From an uncultured Clostridia bacterium (lineage in GTDB: Bacteria > Bacillota > Clostridia > Christensenellales > UBA1242), in NCBI GenBank assembly GCA_934754335.1, contig CAKVHY010000003.1, forward strand, positions 64,419 to 128,418: DNA of 64,000 nucleotides, read 5' to 3'. Shown here in pieces: positions 8,743-20,350 of the stretch. Position 1 is the first letter of the stretch, and each line of letters opens with the position of its first letter. Made by a program: the position numbers and the translations under genes. The notes under the pieces are model-generated. The model made no database searches and was not told the DNA's origin. It worked only from the letters and a program-made list of their open reading frames with translations.

Positions 8743-9435
8743 ATGGAAACACTTAAAGAAGTATGTGAGATGTATAAAGTTAAAAACTTAGAACCTCACG
8801 GACCAGCAGTTATCCCTCAAGAAGGTCATTGGGATAAGGTTACAAAAATTGAACAAATTAGCGGTTTTACTCATGGTTGCGGAACTTGTGCCCCACAACA
8901 AGGTACTTGTAAACTAACTTTGAATGTTAAGAACGGAGTTATTCAAGAAGCATTAGTTGAAACAGTTGGTTGTTCTGGTATGACTCAGTCTGCAGCGATC
9001 GCTGGCGAGATTTTACCAGGGAAAACATTATTGGAAGCATTAAATACAGACCTTGTTTGCGATGCAATCAATGATGCAATGAAGAATTTATTCTTACAAA
9101 TTGCTTATGGCAGAACTCAATCAGCGTTCTCTGATAACGGACTTCCTGTTGGTTCATCTTTAGATGACTTAGGAAAGAACAGAGCAAGCCTTGTTGGTAC
9201 AATTTTCTCAACAAAAGAAAAAGGTACAAGATATCTAAATACTGCTGAAGGATATATCACAAAATTAGGTCTTGATGAAAACAACGAGATTATTGGTTAT
9301 GAATATATAAATCTTAACGCAATGATGAGATTAATTAGAACTGGCAAAGACGTTAAAGACGCCTATAACGAATGTATCAAAACTTATGGTAGATTTGCTG
9401 ACGCTGTTAAGCAAATTGACCCAAGGAAAGAATAG
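8743..9435 (+). CDS. NifU/IscU-like Fe-S scaffold-domain protein (partner of the GGGtGRT protein)
   Basis: Cys-containing motifs GFTHGCGTCAPQQGTC and VETVGCSGMTQSAAIAGE are present. The SD GGAGAG precedes the ATG at 8743. Confidence 0.6.
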   Translation: METLKEVCEMYKVKNLEPHGPAVIPQEGHWDKVTKIEQISGFTHGCGTCAPQQGTCKLTLNVKNGVIQEALVETVGCSGMTQSAAIAGEILPGKTLLEALNTDLVCDAINDAMKNLFLQIAYGRTQSAFSDNGLPVGSSLDDLGKNRASLVGTIFSTKEKGTRYLNTAEGYITKLGLDENNEIIGYEYINLNAMMRLIRTGKDVKDAYNECIKTYGRFADAVKQIDPRKE

Positions 9436-9449
9436 GAGGTTTAATTTGT

Positions 9450-10448
9450 ATGATTAATTTCGAAGGTTATGATAGAAGAATTGAAAAAATAAACAAAGTT
9501 ATTGCTGAATATGGTTTAAAAGACCTTGAAAATTGCAAAGCAATTTGTGATCAACATGGAATTAACGTTGAGCAAATTGTTAGAGAAATACAACCTATTT
9601 GTTTTGATAACGCTGTTTGGGCTTACATTTTAGGTACTGCAATTGCTTTAACTAAAAATGAAAAAAGTGCTGAAAAATGTGCTGAAAATATCGGACTTGG
9701 TCTTCAAGCATTCTGCGTTGAAGGAAGTGTTGCCGATTCAAGAAAAGTTGGATTAGGTCATGGTAGACTTGCTTCAATGCTTTTAAACGAAAACACCACA
9801 TGCTTTGCTTTGCTTGCGGGTCATGAAAGTTTTGCCGCAGCAGAAGGCGCTTTAGGAATTGTTAGAAACGCAAATAATGCAAGAAAAACTCCTTTAAGAG
9901 TTGTTTTAAATGGTCTTGGAAAAGATGCTGCTTATATTATTTCAAGAATTAATGGTTTTACTTATGTTAAAACAAGATATAATTTTGAAAAACAACAATT
10001 AGAAATTTTAGATACTCACCCGTTCTCCAATTCATATAAGAAAGATATTAAGGTTTATGGTTGTGAAGATGTTACAGAAGGCGTTGCAATTATGCAACAT
10101 GAAAAAGTTGATATCTCTATCACTGGTAACTCAACTAACCCTGTTCGTTTCACTCACCCAGTTGCTGGTATCTATAAGAGATGGTGTCATGAAAATAATC
10201 GTAAGTACTTCTCAGTTGCTTCTGGTGGTGGTACTGGTAGAACATTACACCCAGATAACGTTGGTGCAGGAAGCGCTTCTTATGGTTTAACAGACACAAT
10301 GGGAAGAATGCATGCTGATGCTCAATTCGCAGGTTCTTCTTCAGTTCCAGCCCATGTTGATATGATGGGCTACATTGGAATGGGAAACAACCCAATGGTT
10401 GGTGCAACAGTTTCGTTAGCAGTTAAGGCTTATGAAGCATTAAAATAA
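9450..10448 (+). CDS. GGGtGRT family protein
   Basis: The literal family motif SGGGTGRTLHPDNVGAG is present. The gene starts 14 nt after the upstream gene, behind the SD AGGAGG. Confidence 0.8.
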   Translation: MINFEGYDRRIEKINKVIAEYGLKDLENCKAICDQHGINVEQIVREIQPICFDNAVWAYILGTAIALTKNEKSAEKCAENIGLGLQAFCVEGSVADSRKVGLGHGRLASMLLNENTTCFALLAGHESFAAAEGALGIVRNANNARKTPLRVVLNGLGKDAAYIISRINGFTYVKTRYNFEKQQLEILDTHPFSNSYKKDIKVYGCEDVTEGVAIMQHEKVDISITGNSTNPVRFTHPVAGIYKRWCHENNRKYFSVASGGGTGRTLHPDNVGAGSASYGLTDTMGRMHADAQFAGSSSVPAHVDMMGYIGMGNNPMVGATVSLAVKAYEALK

Positions 10449-10451
10449 CAA

Positions 10452-10480
10452 AAATAGCAGATGATTTCTGCTATTTTTTA
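10452..10480 (+). terminator. terminator after the GGGtGRT gene
   Basis: The hairpin AAATAGCAGA/TCTGCTATTT is followed by a T-run. Confidence 0.7.
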
Positions 10481-10490
10481 AATAGTACAT

Positions 10491-10526
10491 AAAAAATGAC
10501 CAATTGAACATTGGTCATTTTTTATT
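10491..10526. terminator. terminator for the minus-strand lipoprotein gene (symmetric hairpin)
   Basis: The hairpin AATGACCAAT/ATTGGTCATT is flanked by A6 and T6 runs. Confidence 0.65.
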
Positions 10527-10551
10527 TTAATTTACTCCTTAATAAGCAGGC

Positions 10552-11460
10552 TTAAAACCCAGCTGATGTTAGATCATCAATATCTGAAACTTTGTTATAT
10601 TTTTCTAAATCAACGCTTGGAATATTTACTGAAAAACTACCATATTTAATAGTGATTTCAACTTTAATTTCACCAACTTGCTTCCAATTCATTTCTTCTT
10701 CAGATGTTGCTTTTAAATTAGTATTTTCATAACTAACGAGTCCTGCTTTTAATCTTGAAATCTTTCCATCTTTAATAGTGATAATCATTTCTGATGACAT
10801 TTTAGAATTATCACTTGCAGTTTCACTGCTTATTACCAAGTTAAAAGTGGTATCATTCACTTTATATAGAGTGAAAATATCTGCATCTAATTTACTAAAA
10901 TCAAGAGAAGTTAAAAATGATTTCAAACCTGTATTTCCTTCGAAGTCACCAATAATATCATCTAAATCGGGGATATTTAAGATGAAATCTTCTTGTGCAG
11001 TTCGATACGCACCATCAGTAAAGATATATTTGTTTTGAGAGTTAACGTCAAATGCAACATAGTTATCGCCAACTTTAGCAAGATATGTATCAACATTAGT
11101 TTCAACTGTTGTTTTTGAACCTTTGCCAGATAAAACTGCATTTAAATTTTGAGTTGTTCTAACCTTTGCATTTTCATCTGAACCAGTTCTAACACAGGTT
11201 GCATCCATTTTGACATCCGCATTTACACCTGCACCGAATATACCCATATCTCCTTTCATTGATACGGTTGCATTAACAGAATAACCTTCTTCATATTCCA
11301 CTGTGTCTCTAACCGCAGTAGTGATAGCAGTTTGTGCTACTTGAACTTCAGCATCAGATTTGATTTCAGATCCTAAGTTCTCTTTACAACCAACAAGTGC
11401 AACCAAGGCAAAAACTAAGCACAAACTAGTTGTAATAAAATGTTTTAAAAATTTCTTCAT
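10552..11460 (-). CDS. lipoprotein of unknown function
   Basis: The signal peptide ends in the lipobox LVGC (MKKFLKHFITTSLCLVFALVALVGCKEN). Confidence 0.7.
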   Translation of the reverse strand: MKKFLKHFITTSLCLVFALVALVGCKENLGSEIKSDAEVQVAQTAITTAVRDTVEYEEGYSVNATVSMKGDMGIFGAGVNADVKMDATCVRTGSDENAKVRTTQNLNAVLSGKGSKTTVETNVDTYLAKVGDNYVAFDVNSQNKYIFTDGAYRTAQEDFILNIPDLDDIIGDFEGNTGLKSFLTSLDFSKLDADIFTLYKVNDTTFNLVISSETASDNSKMSSEMIITIKDGKISRLKAGLVSYENTNLKATSEEEMNWKQVGEIKVEITIKYGSFSVNIPSVDLEKYNKVSDIDDLTSAGF

Positions 11461-11593
11461 ATTTTTCTCCTTTTACTAAATTTTTATATTAAAATTTGAA
11501 ATATTTTGTGCTATATTTAAACAATCTGACAACTTTTATTTCCTTGGTTTTATCAAATCTTTAGCAAAAACAAATCAAATATTAATACCGTTA

Positions 11594-13184
<1,591 letters not shown>

Positions 13185-13242
13185 AATTTTCTCCTTAAAA
13201 ACAAAAAACATAAATCGGCATCACCAATTTATGTTTTAATAA

Positions 13243-13806
13243 TTAATCAAGATAATAATCTTCAACTTGAATAGTAAAATCTATTGGCGATTGCGAGAAA
13301 GAGATTGAAGCATCAATAACGCTCATTCTTATTGTAAATAATTTAGTTGCTTCTCTTCCAATAACTGTATCTTCATTATCAAAATTTGAAGCAAATTCTC
13401 CACCTTCAATACTATAATCAAACGCCACATTGTTTAGATTTTGAGTATTATTTCTAAATTCGAAAGCAATCTTATGATCACAATTATTCTTTAGATAAAT
13501 TTTAATATATATTGGTCTTGGGCTTCCGCTTTCATCAGCACCAAACACCATATCTCCAATATCCCAATTTCTAACCCTATTACCATTTAATTTTGTTGAA
13601 TAATCTTTTTTCTTTACATTGCTTAATTCTTCATCATAATTTTCAACTGTGGCAGTAATGATAGCCCCGCTTGAGCCTTTTGCAAACACTTTAAGCGAAC
13701 TACCCGCACCATTTTGAATAAATAATTTGACTGAAAAAGCCAACATAATTAAAATTACGCAACTTGAAAACAACGAACTAAAAATTTGCCATTTAGATTT
13801 TTTCAT
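13243..13806 (-). CDS. secreted beta-rich protein, divergent member of the TasA/camelysin-like family in this locus
   Basis: It has an N-terminal signal anchor and shares the mid-protein pattern WDIGDMVFG...IYIKIYLKNN with the other five paralogues. Confidence 0.45.
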   Translation of the reverse strand: MKKSKWQIFSSLFSSCVILIMLAFSVKLFIQNGAGSSLKVFAKGSSGAIITATVENYDEELSNVKKKDYSTKLNGNRVRNWDIGDMVFGADESGSPRPIYIKIYLKNNCDHKIAFEFRNNTQNLNNVAFDYSIEGGEFASNFDNEDTVIGREATKLFTIRMSVIDASISFSQSPIDFTIQVEDYYLD

Positions 13807-13945
13807 ACATGCTCCTATAAACTTATCCTATTTATAATATCACATCTTAAATTTATTTACAAGCCCTAAATTTATTTATTGTTTTCCCATTTTCATAAAT
13901 TAAAGTATTTCTAATGCTGGCAAACCAAGTTCACCAGCATTATTT

Positions 13946-16084
13946 TTATCTAAAACCTTTCAAAATTTCGTTTGGTTTCTTTTTAGCAAAGTTTATAAGC
14001 GGAATAATTGCACCTATTGCAGCAATCAAAACGCTAACACCAAACATAAGCAACACTGCTCCAAAGTTACTACTCATTAAGTTGAACTTAATGAATGTTG
14101 AACCACTAACCAAACTATTTGCAATAACCGAAGCAATTTCTGTTATAAACAATGTTACGATAAATGAAAGAATTACAAACATTGAAGTACTTTGTAAGAA
14201 TATACTTGAGATATTCCAGTTACTAAATCCTAACGCCTTCAAAACGCCAACATCGTTCTTTCTATCAACAATTATTTGATTTATGAAATAATACATCATA
14301 ACAATTGCAAAGAATGCTGAGAAGCAACCAAGCAATATTGCAATAGATTTATATATTTCAATACTACTAGCCATCTCGCCAATGGTTTTGCTTGTGATAG
14401 AACTAAAAACATAACCTTTCGCATCAAAATTCTTAACAATATTTTGAAGTTCTGTGTTATTTGAAGCGGAATAATTTTCAATGCTTATAACCACGCCAGT
14501 TGTAATGGCTTTTGCAACTTCAAAATCTTTTGATGCATGAACCGTTAAGTAAACATTGTTCATGTTATATTTATACATATCCGAAGGTAATTGTTTATTG
14601 ATATAAATAAGAGTTGAAGCATTGGCATAAGTTTCATAGTCTGTGTCGTAAACGCCACAAATTCTATAAGAAACTCCACCTAAAGTGATTGAATGACCTA
14701 TTATATTTTGTTCAATATATGTTTCACCCCACCTACTTTCAACGCTTTCTTGCTCAGGCTCAATTGCTCTTTCAGTAACCCATCTATCGCCAACACCTTG
14801 GCTTAGTCCATAAAGTCTTATAAGCCCTAACATATAATCTGAGATAACTACGCCATCAACTGCACTTTCAGGATACATTCCATAAAGGATTTCTTTTCCG
14901 AATTGGTTATTTGTACCTTTTCTATTAGGCAAAGGTCTTTCAGATCTAATTATGCTAGTTACACTCAATTCCTGATGCTCTCTGCTCATAGGTCTTATAT
15001 CTTCGTCAACATTAAAACTAATATTTAAAGTTGCTTTTTGGAACTCATAATAAGGCTTATCACCTAAAACTTTCTCAATTTGAGTTCTATCATTAGAATT
15101 TTCACTGAAATTAATATGGTTGTACTCATCACTCGATTTTTGAAACATTACATAAGGTGCAATTCTTACATTTTTATCTCTAAATAACGAATTAACTTGC
15201 GCATATGCAGTGTTAAAGTTGCCAAGAATTGCAAATATTCCGAAGAATGACACCGCCAAAGTGCAAAGGATAACCATAAATACAGTTCTCCATCTTCTAT
15301 ATAGCAAACTATCAAGGGCTAAACGGAATGAATATTTATAGCCAAGGCCATGCTTTTTAGTTTGAACCTCTTCAGGTTTTGCAACGCTTTTTTCTTCTTC
15401 TTTCTTTTCCTGCTTTCTTCTAACGTCTCCACCAACAGTGTTGTTTTCCAAAGTTATGATTCTATCTGCATACTTTTCAACCATAGCGCTATCATGGGAA
15501 ACTGAAATAACCAAGCAGTTTTTGGAGATTTCCTTAACTAAATCCCAAATAATTGTTTTATTCTTATCATCTAGATGGGCCGTTGGCTCGTCCATGAATA
15601 AGATTTTTGGAGTTTTAATCAAAGTTCTTGCAATACAAACTCTCTGCCTTTGACCAGAAGAGCATTGCGAAACAGGCCTTTCTTCAAACCCACTCAACTT
15701 AACCTTTTTCAAAACTTGAGCAATTTGATCATCAGTGGGAACTATGCCATTTGCCAAAGTTCCAAGCCTAATATTTTCTTTAATACTCATTGTTTCAATT
15801 AAGTTGTAATCTTCGAAAACAAAGCCGATATGTTCACGCCTATAATTATCAAAATCCTTGCTAGAGAAATTTTTAAAACTCTCGCCATCAATGATAACAT
15901 CGCCCGAATCAAATCTTTCAAGCCCAGCAATAATACTTAAAAGAGTACTCTTACCATTTCCGCTTGCACCACATATAAATGTGATGCCGGAATTATCTAA
16001 CTCAAGGTCTATATTTCGTAAGGCTCTAACCTTACTACCATCTCTGTTATAAAATGTTTTTGATACATTTTTAACTCTAACCAT
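13946..16084 (-). CDS. fused ABC ATPase plus FtsX/MacB-type permease
   Basis: It has Walker A GASGNGKST, the signature CSSGQRQRV, Walker B ILFMDEPTAHLD and a C-terminal FtsX-like TM bundle (VGVLKALGFSN). It starts 11 nt after the sipW-like stop. Confidence 0.85.
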   Translation of the reverse strand: MVRVKNVSKTFYNRDGSKVRALRNIDLELDNSGITFICGASGNGKSTLLSIIAGLERFDSGDVIIDGESFKNFSSKDFDNYRREHIGFVFEDYNLIETMSIKENIRLGTLANGIVPTDDQIAQVLKKVKLSGFEERPVSQCSSGQRQRVCIARTLIKTPKILFMDEPTAHLDDKNKTIIWDLVKEISKNCLVISVSHDSAMVEKYADRIITLENNTVGGDVRRKQEKKEEEKSVAKPEEVQTKKHGLGYKYSFRLALDSLLYRRWRTVFMVILCTLAVSFFGIFAILGNFNTAYAQVNSLFRDKNVRIAPYVMFQKSSDEYNHINFSENSNDRTQIEKVLGDKPYYEFQKATLNISFNVDEDIRPMSREHQELSVTSIIRSERPLPNRKGTNNQFGKEILYGMYPESAVDGVVISDYMLGLIRLYGLSQGVGDRWVTERAIEPEQESVESRWGETYIEQNIIGHSITLGGVSYRICGVYDTDYETYANASTLIYINKQLPSDMYKYNMNNVYLTVHASKDFEVAKAITTGVVISIENYSASNNTELQNIVKNFDAKGYVFSSITSKTIGEMASSIEIYKSIAILLGCFSAFFAIVMMYYFINQIIVDRKNDVGVLKALGFSNWNISSIFLQSTSMFVILSFIVTLFITEIASVIANSLVSGSTFIKFNLMSSNFGAVLLMFGVSVLIAAIGAIIPLINFAKKKPNEILKGFR

Positions 16085-16095
16085 TTTCTCCTCCT

Positions 16096-17286
16096 TTATT
16101 GATTACCCTTATTCGTATCTTTGAAATTAGGTTCCATAGATTTTTTCAAAGATAATTTTGCATTTCTAACTTCCCTAATCTTCAAGTTCTTTTGGTCACC
16201 AGCATTGAAATACAAGAATTTATTAAACCAAATCTTAAATCTATTAGTGATTTTCTTGGTTATAATTCTTCTGCCTTCCACTGCTCTCTTTTTATTCTTA
16301 AGCATAGGATTTTCCAACGCTCTCTTTCTTCTGTTTTTATCTTGCATATATTCATCAACTTGTTGAATTAATTGAACAGATAATAGAAGCAACATAATTC
16401 CGCAAGGAACTTCAACTAACCAAATAATACCTTGTAAAGATCCGCAGAAACCAATTACCTTACCAAACCAAGCCTTGCTTTCTGAATATCTTCCAATAAT
16501 ATAACTTGCAGGAATAATATAACTATCATGTGGAAGAGAATTTGGATTGTGTGGGTTATTTGAATCAGGACCATCGGTTATGAAATATAACTCACCCGTT
16601 ACTGTATCTTGGAATATTTTTTGAATAATATGGAATTTTCTTCCCCTAGAGCCAGCGGATAGCGATGCTTTTTGTAAAGTTTGAGAATCATCACCAGTTT
16701 TTGCATCAGTTACAATAGCCTTTTGCTCTTCAGTACCTTCATAAGTTATAAACTCATGATCAGCCATAAGTTTTTCTTTGATATAAGTATAAGAATTATG
16801 TTGTTCATTCGTTGTTTCAGGAGTTCTAACATAATTTTTGTAATGATTTAGATATGTTAGATATTCACCATCGGGAGCATTTCTTTCCGCACTATTCCAG
16901 ATTTTACCACTGCTTAAATTAGTTAGATAGTTTGCAGTTCCAAGCCTTTGTTCTTCAATTTCAATTGTTTGAATTAAAGTCCAAATCGGACTATTCGCAT
17001 CATAAAAACCAATCTTATCTCCAACTTTTAAATCTTTTATAGGAACTGACTCTAAGACCACCACATCGCCAATATTAAAGCCTTCGCTGACCATAGAACC
17101 CGATAAAACTCTTGCAGCACTCATTCCAAAAAGAGTTGGAACTTCGTTGTTATTTCTAGCACTAAATAGCGAAAAAGTACAAACACCACTCAAGATGATT
17201 ATAGGAACTATAATGATGTCTGTAATAATATCTATTATTTTATAAAACACTTCACCAAATTTCTTCATTTTTAATCCATTTTCCAA
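16096..17286 (-). CDS. sipW: SipW-type (archaeal/ER-type S26) signal peptidase I with a large insertion and an extended basic tail
   Basis: It aligns by eye to B. subtilis SipW: LFGMSAARVLSGSMVSEGFNIGDVVVLE (Ser box), IKDLKVGDKIGFYDANS, FHIIQKI (His box), ITDGPDSNNPHN...IIGRY and a C-terminal TM VPCGIMLLLLSV. At 396 aa against about 190 aa for SipW, the excess is an insert of about 110 aa between the GFYD and His boxes plus a longer tail. Confidence 0.85.
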   Translation of the reverse strand: MENGLKMKKFGEVFYKIIDIITDIIIVPIIILSGVCTFSLFSARNNNEVPTLFGMSAARVLSGSMVSEGFNIGDVVVLESVPIKDLKVGDKIGFYDANSPIWTLIQTIEIEEQRLGTANYLTNLSSGKIWNSAERNAPDGEYLTYLNHYKNYVRTPETTNEQHNSYTYIKEKLMADHEFITYEGTEEQKAIVTDAKTGDDSQTLQKASLSAGSRGRKFHIIQKIFQDTVTGELYFITDGPDSNNPHNPNSLPHDSYIIPASYIIGRYSESKAWFGKVIGFCGSLQGIIWLVEVPCGIMLLLLSVQLIQQVDEYMQDKNRRKRALENPMLKNKKRAVEGRRIITKKITNRFKIWFNKFLYFNAGDQKNLKIREVRNAKLSLKKSMEPNFKDTNKGNQ

Positions 17287-17369
17287 TTCATAATAATAGT
17301 TTTCTCATTCAACAATATTTTACAATTTTTTTAGTAAATATCAAAATGATTTTAATGTATTTCTTTAAA

Positions 17370-17410
17370 TAATAAAAATAAACTTAAAAATTTATTCAAG
17401 TTTATTTTTT
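17370..17410 (-). terminator. terminator after the 227-aa TasA-like gene
   Basis: The hairpin AAATAAACTT/AAGTTTATTT is flanked by A/T runs. Confidence 0.5.
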
Positions 17411-17464
17411 GCATAATATTAAATTATATTTACATTTTAAGTTTTTAATAGGCTGATTAAAAGA

Positions 17465-18148
17465 CTAGGCGAAACTCGAAGAAGTTTGGGAGCCAAGGTT
17501 TAGGATAAAAAGATTATCCGAAACTGAGAAATCCTTTTTGTAATCGTTTAGAGTGTAAACAATCTTTAGAACATAGGTATAACCAGAAGGAATACCCGAA
17601 CCTTCAGGAACTCCTTTCGCTTCATCGTCCACTCTTATACCTTTGTAAATCATGTTGTTCTCACTCAAAAGGTCGGCTCTAGAATCAATAATCCCAACTC
17701 CATCGTAAAAACTACGAGTTATCTGCCCTTCTGAACCAATAGAACTATTAAGACTTTGCAAGGAAATAGTTAGAAAGGTATTGTCGGTGCAAGTATTGGT
17801 GATAGCAATAAACATAGTTATGCTTTGAATTTGAAGAGAATCCGAAGAAGGATTTTTCTTCCATTTAAGTTCGCCCATTCTAAGGCTTATGTCGGTCTGC
17901 CCCATATCTTTGGTGATTTTGGCAGACGACTTGAAATAGTCCAAACCAGTATCGTAAGAAGAAGTGTCTTGACCAAGAGCATATAGGTCAATATCGGCTT
18001 CTACATTGTTAACCTGAATTAAGTTGTTGGAGCCGTTTGAAAATATAAGATTCTTCGATGCAAGCCAGATGGCTATAAACATAGAAAGCAAACAAATAAC
18101 CATGCAGATTATTGTTAAAATCAACTTGGTCGTGTTGTTTAATTTCAT
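17465..18148 (-). CDS. secreted beta-rich protein, divergent TasA/camelysin-like paralogue
   Basis: It has the signal anchor MFIAIWLAS and the pattern RMGELKWKK...ITMFIAITNT shared with the paralogues. It starts 16 nt after the VirD4-like stop. Confidence 0.45.
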   Translation of the reverse strand: MKLNNTTKLILTIICMVICLLSMFIAIWLASKNLIFSNGSNNLIQVNNVEADIDLYALGQDTSSYDTGLDYFKSSAKITKDMGQTDISLRMGELKWKKNPSSDSLQIQSITMFIAITNTCTDNTFLTISLQSLNSSIGSEGQITRSFYDGVGIIDSRADLLSENNMIYKGIRVDDEAKGVPEGSGIPSGYTYVLKIVYTLNDYKKDFSVSDNLFILNLGSQTSSSFA

Positions 18149-18164
18149 AAACTCCTCCTTTTAA

Positions 18165-20210
18165 TTAGATTTGAATACCGCCTTCTTTCTTCCCGCCACG
18201 AAGAACTTTTTGATTACGAATTTTGATATCATAATACATTGATTGCTCGTCAATCGGACTAGGTACTCTGTAAACGTCTCTAGGTTTTCTCATATCGTAT
18301 AAAGGAACTTTGTAAGATGGAGTAAAGATAGAACGCAATGGTGATTGTTGCAAAATAGAAACTATGCATTCGCCTGAATTTGGCTTTAATGCGGCAAGTT
18401 CGGCTGGATAGATTAAAGGACGAGAATCCACGGAAATAGATGTGGTTGTACTAGAAGAATCGTCCTTTTTACCCTTAGATGCTGAAGTGGTTTCGGTTTC
18501 AACTGTAATGTTACCGCATCGCTTACTAAATTCATCAAGAGAACCTTGGTCGTTGGAAGCAATAAAGATATGAATATTGCAGTTATCTTTGATGGTGGCA
18601 GAAACATCTGAACCATACTTAATTTGAAGTTGGGCATAAGATTGAAGAATCAAAGTGAAATAAATCCTTCTTGAACGAGCAACCGTGATAATAGTATCAA
18701 AGTTCTCAATTTTTGGCATGTTACCAAACTCATCTAGCAAGAAATAAACATCTCTTGGCAAAGCCCCGCTCCCACGCTTGTTGGCAACGTCAACTAAGAT
18801 TTTGTAAAGTTGAGAAACGAACATTGTGGCAATTGGGTGCCTTGTGGTTTTTTCATCAGGAATTTTAATAAATAGGGCTGTTGGCTTGTCAGCAAAAGTT
18901 TCTAATTCCATCTCGTTTTTGCTGGTGGCATAACAGATACCTGAATCGGCAAATATGCCCATTCTATCGGTTACAATACCCATATAAGACTTCGCAGTTT
19001 TCTCGGCATTGGTTACAACTTGGTTTGCTAACTGAGCAGCCAAAGATAATGAACCCCTGCCCTGAAAATACTCGGTAATTGAACGAATAGGATTATAGGC
19101 ATCGTTATCTTTTAGGTTTAAAATTTTGCTAAGATTATAGAAATTAAACCTGTCTTTGGTCATGCCAAGTTCGGGATTTTCGCTGTCTTCAAGCATGGCA
19201 AGCATTGTTCCTAACACAAGGTCCTTAGCACCACGCTCCCAAATAGGGTCGTTATTGGATTGAATAGGACAAAGAGTGTTTGCTATATCTCTTAAGTCTT
19301 CAAAGGCGTCATTCTTAAGTTTTTGCTTAACAGATACCATTTGAACCTTCAAAGATTGCTCGTCTGCAAAGGCCTTTCCATCAAATTCATACCAAGTTCG
19401 GTAGTATTGATTAGATGTTAGAGTAAGCCCTGAGTTCCTAGGATCTTCACCTTCATGAACCCTAACTTCCTTTGCAAGATTCATAGCCCTTTCGTTCATT
19501 TCGTAGGCTCTGGTTAATGGGTTCCAGCAGGTACTTTGAAATGGTTCTTTTAAGTCAAAAACTAAAACATTGTAGCCCCTGTCACGAAGTTTTTCTGAAT
19601 GAAGATCGTAAATTTCACCCTTAGGGTCGGTTATAACAAGGCAAGGCTTTGCATGGCTCTCAGATAAGATTTGTATGGTTGGATTTACAAACTGAGTGGT
19701 TTTACCTGAACCGGTAGTACCAATAACCAAGGTGTGAATACTCTTGTACATATTAACTTCAAGTTTGTGACCAATAAGTTCGGCTCTGATAGGAATACCT
19801 ATATTGTCAGACCTAGAAAGTTGGTCATAGGTGTGATACTTAAACTGCGGATCTTTCTTCAATTGCTCGATAGAAAGCCAGTTGGTGTCGTAGTACTTAG
19901 AAACCTTGCCCTTGGTTTTAACTTTAGCACCTGAAGAGCCACCGCCCCCACCGCCAAATAAACCTTTGCCATCGCCAAGATTAAGAAGCAAGAATAATAA
20001 AACAACCAAAAAAGAAACACCAAAAATGCTGTAAAACTTTTGGTCGGAAAATAATTCAATTGAAAACCTAAACTCTTTGTAGGTTAAATAACTTGCTAAA
20101 ACATAAGAAGCACAAAATAAGGCTGCCGCAAAACCAAGCATAATTAGTAAGAAATTAGTAAATCTGCTCCAAAGCGAGCCTTTTTTCTCTTTATCGTCTG
20201 CCATTTCCAT
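18165..20210 (-). CDS. type IV secretion coupling protein (VirD4/TraG/TraD family ATPase)
   Basis: It has two N-terminal TM helices, Walker A GTTGSGKTTQFVNP, VITDPKGEIY, and LLDEFGNMPKIENFDTIITVARSRRIYFTLILQSYAQLQIKYG, which is the T4CP Walker B/Q-loop region. Confidence 0.85.
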   Translation of the reverse strand: MEMADDKEKKGSLWSRFTNFLLIMLGFAAALFCASYVLASYLTYKEFRFSIELFSDQKFYSIFGVSFLVVLLFLLLNLGDGKGLFGGGGGGSSGAKVKTKGKVSKYYDTNWLSIEQLKKDPQFKYHTYDQLSRSDNIGIPIRAELIGHKLEVNMYKSIHTLVIGTTGSGKTTQFVNPTIQILSESHAKPCLVITDPKGEIYDLHSEKLRDRGYNVLVFDLKEPFQSTCWNPLTRAYEMNERAMNLAKEVRVHEGEDPRNSGLTLTSNQYYRTWYEFDGKAFADEQSLKVQMVSVKQKLKNDAFEDLRDIANTLCPIQSNNDPIWERGAKDLVLGTMLAMLEDSENPELGMTKDRFNFYNLSKILNLKDNDAYNPIRSITEYFQGRGSLSLAAQLANQVVTNAEKTAKSYMGIVTDRMGIFADSGICYATSKNEMELETFADKPTALFIKIPDEKTTRHPIATMFVSQLYKILVDVANKRGSGALPRDVYFLLDEFGNMPKIENFDTIITVARSRRIYFTLILQSYAQLQIKYGSDVSATIKDNCNIHIFIASNDQGSLDEFSKRCGNITVETETTSASKGKKDDSSSTTTSISVDSRPLIYPAELAALKPNSGECIVSILQQSPLRSIFTPSYKVPLYDMRKPRDVYRVPSPIDEQSMYYDIKIRNQKVLRGGKKEGGIQI

Positions 20211-20311
20211 TCTTTCCTTTATAATAATTAATAATAGTTTATATTAATTTATAAATATAGTCAAATAAATAACTAAATTTTAAGATAATTGTGTGTCTAA
20301 AAATGTTTAAA

Positions 20312-20346
20312 GGAAAAAATAAAGCAGGTTTATATAACCCGCCTTA
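20312..20346 (-). terminator. terminator after the 970-aa membrane protein gene
   Basis: On the minus-strand RNA, AAGGCGGGTT pairs with AACCTGCTTT (two G-U pairs) and is followed by a T-run. On the plus strand these positions would be A-C mismatches. Confidence 0.6.
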
Positions 20347-20350
20347 TTTT

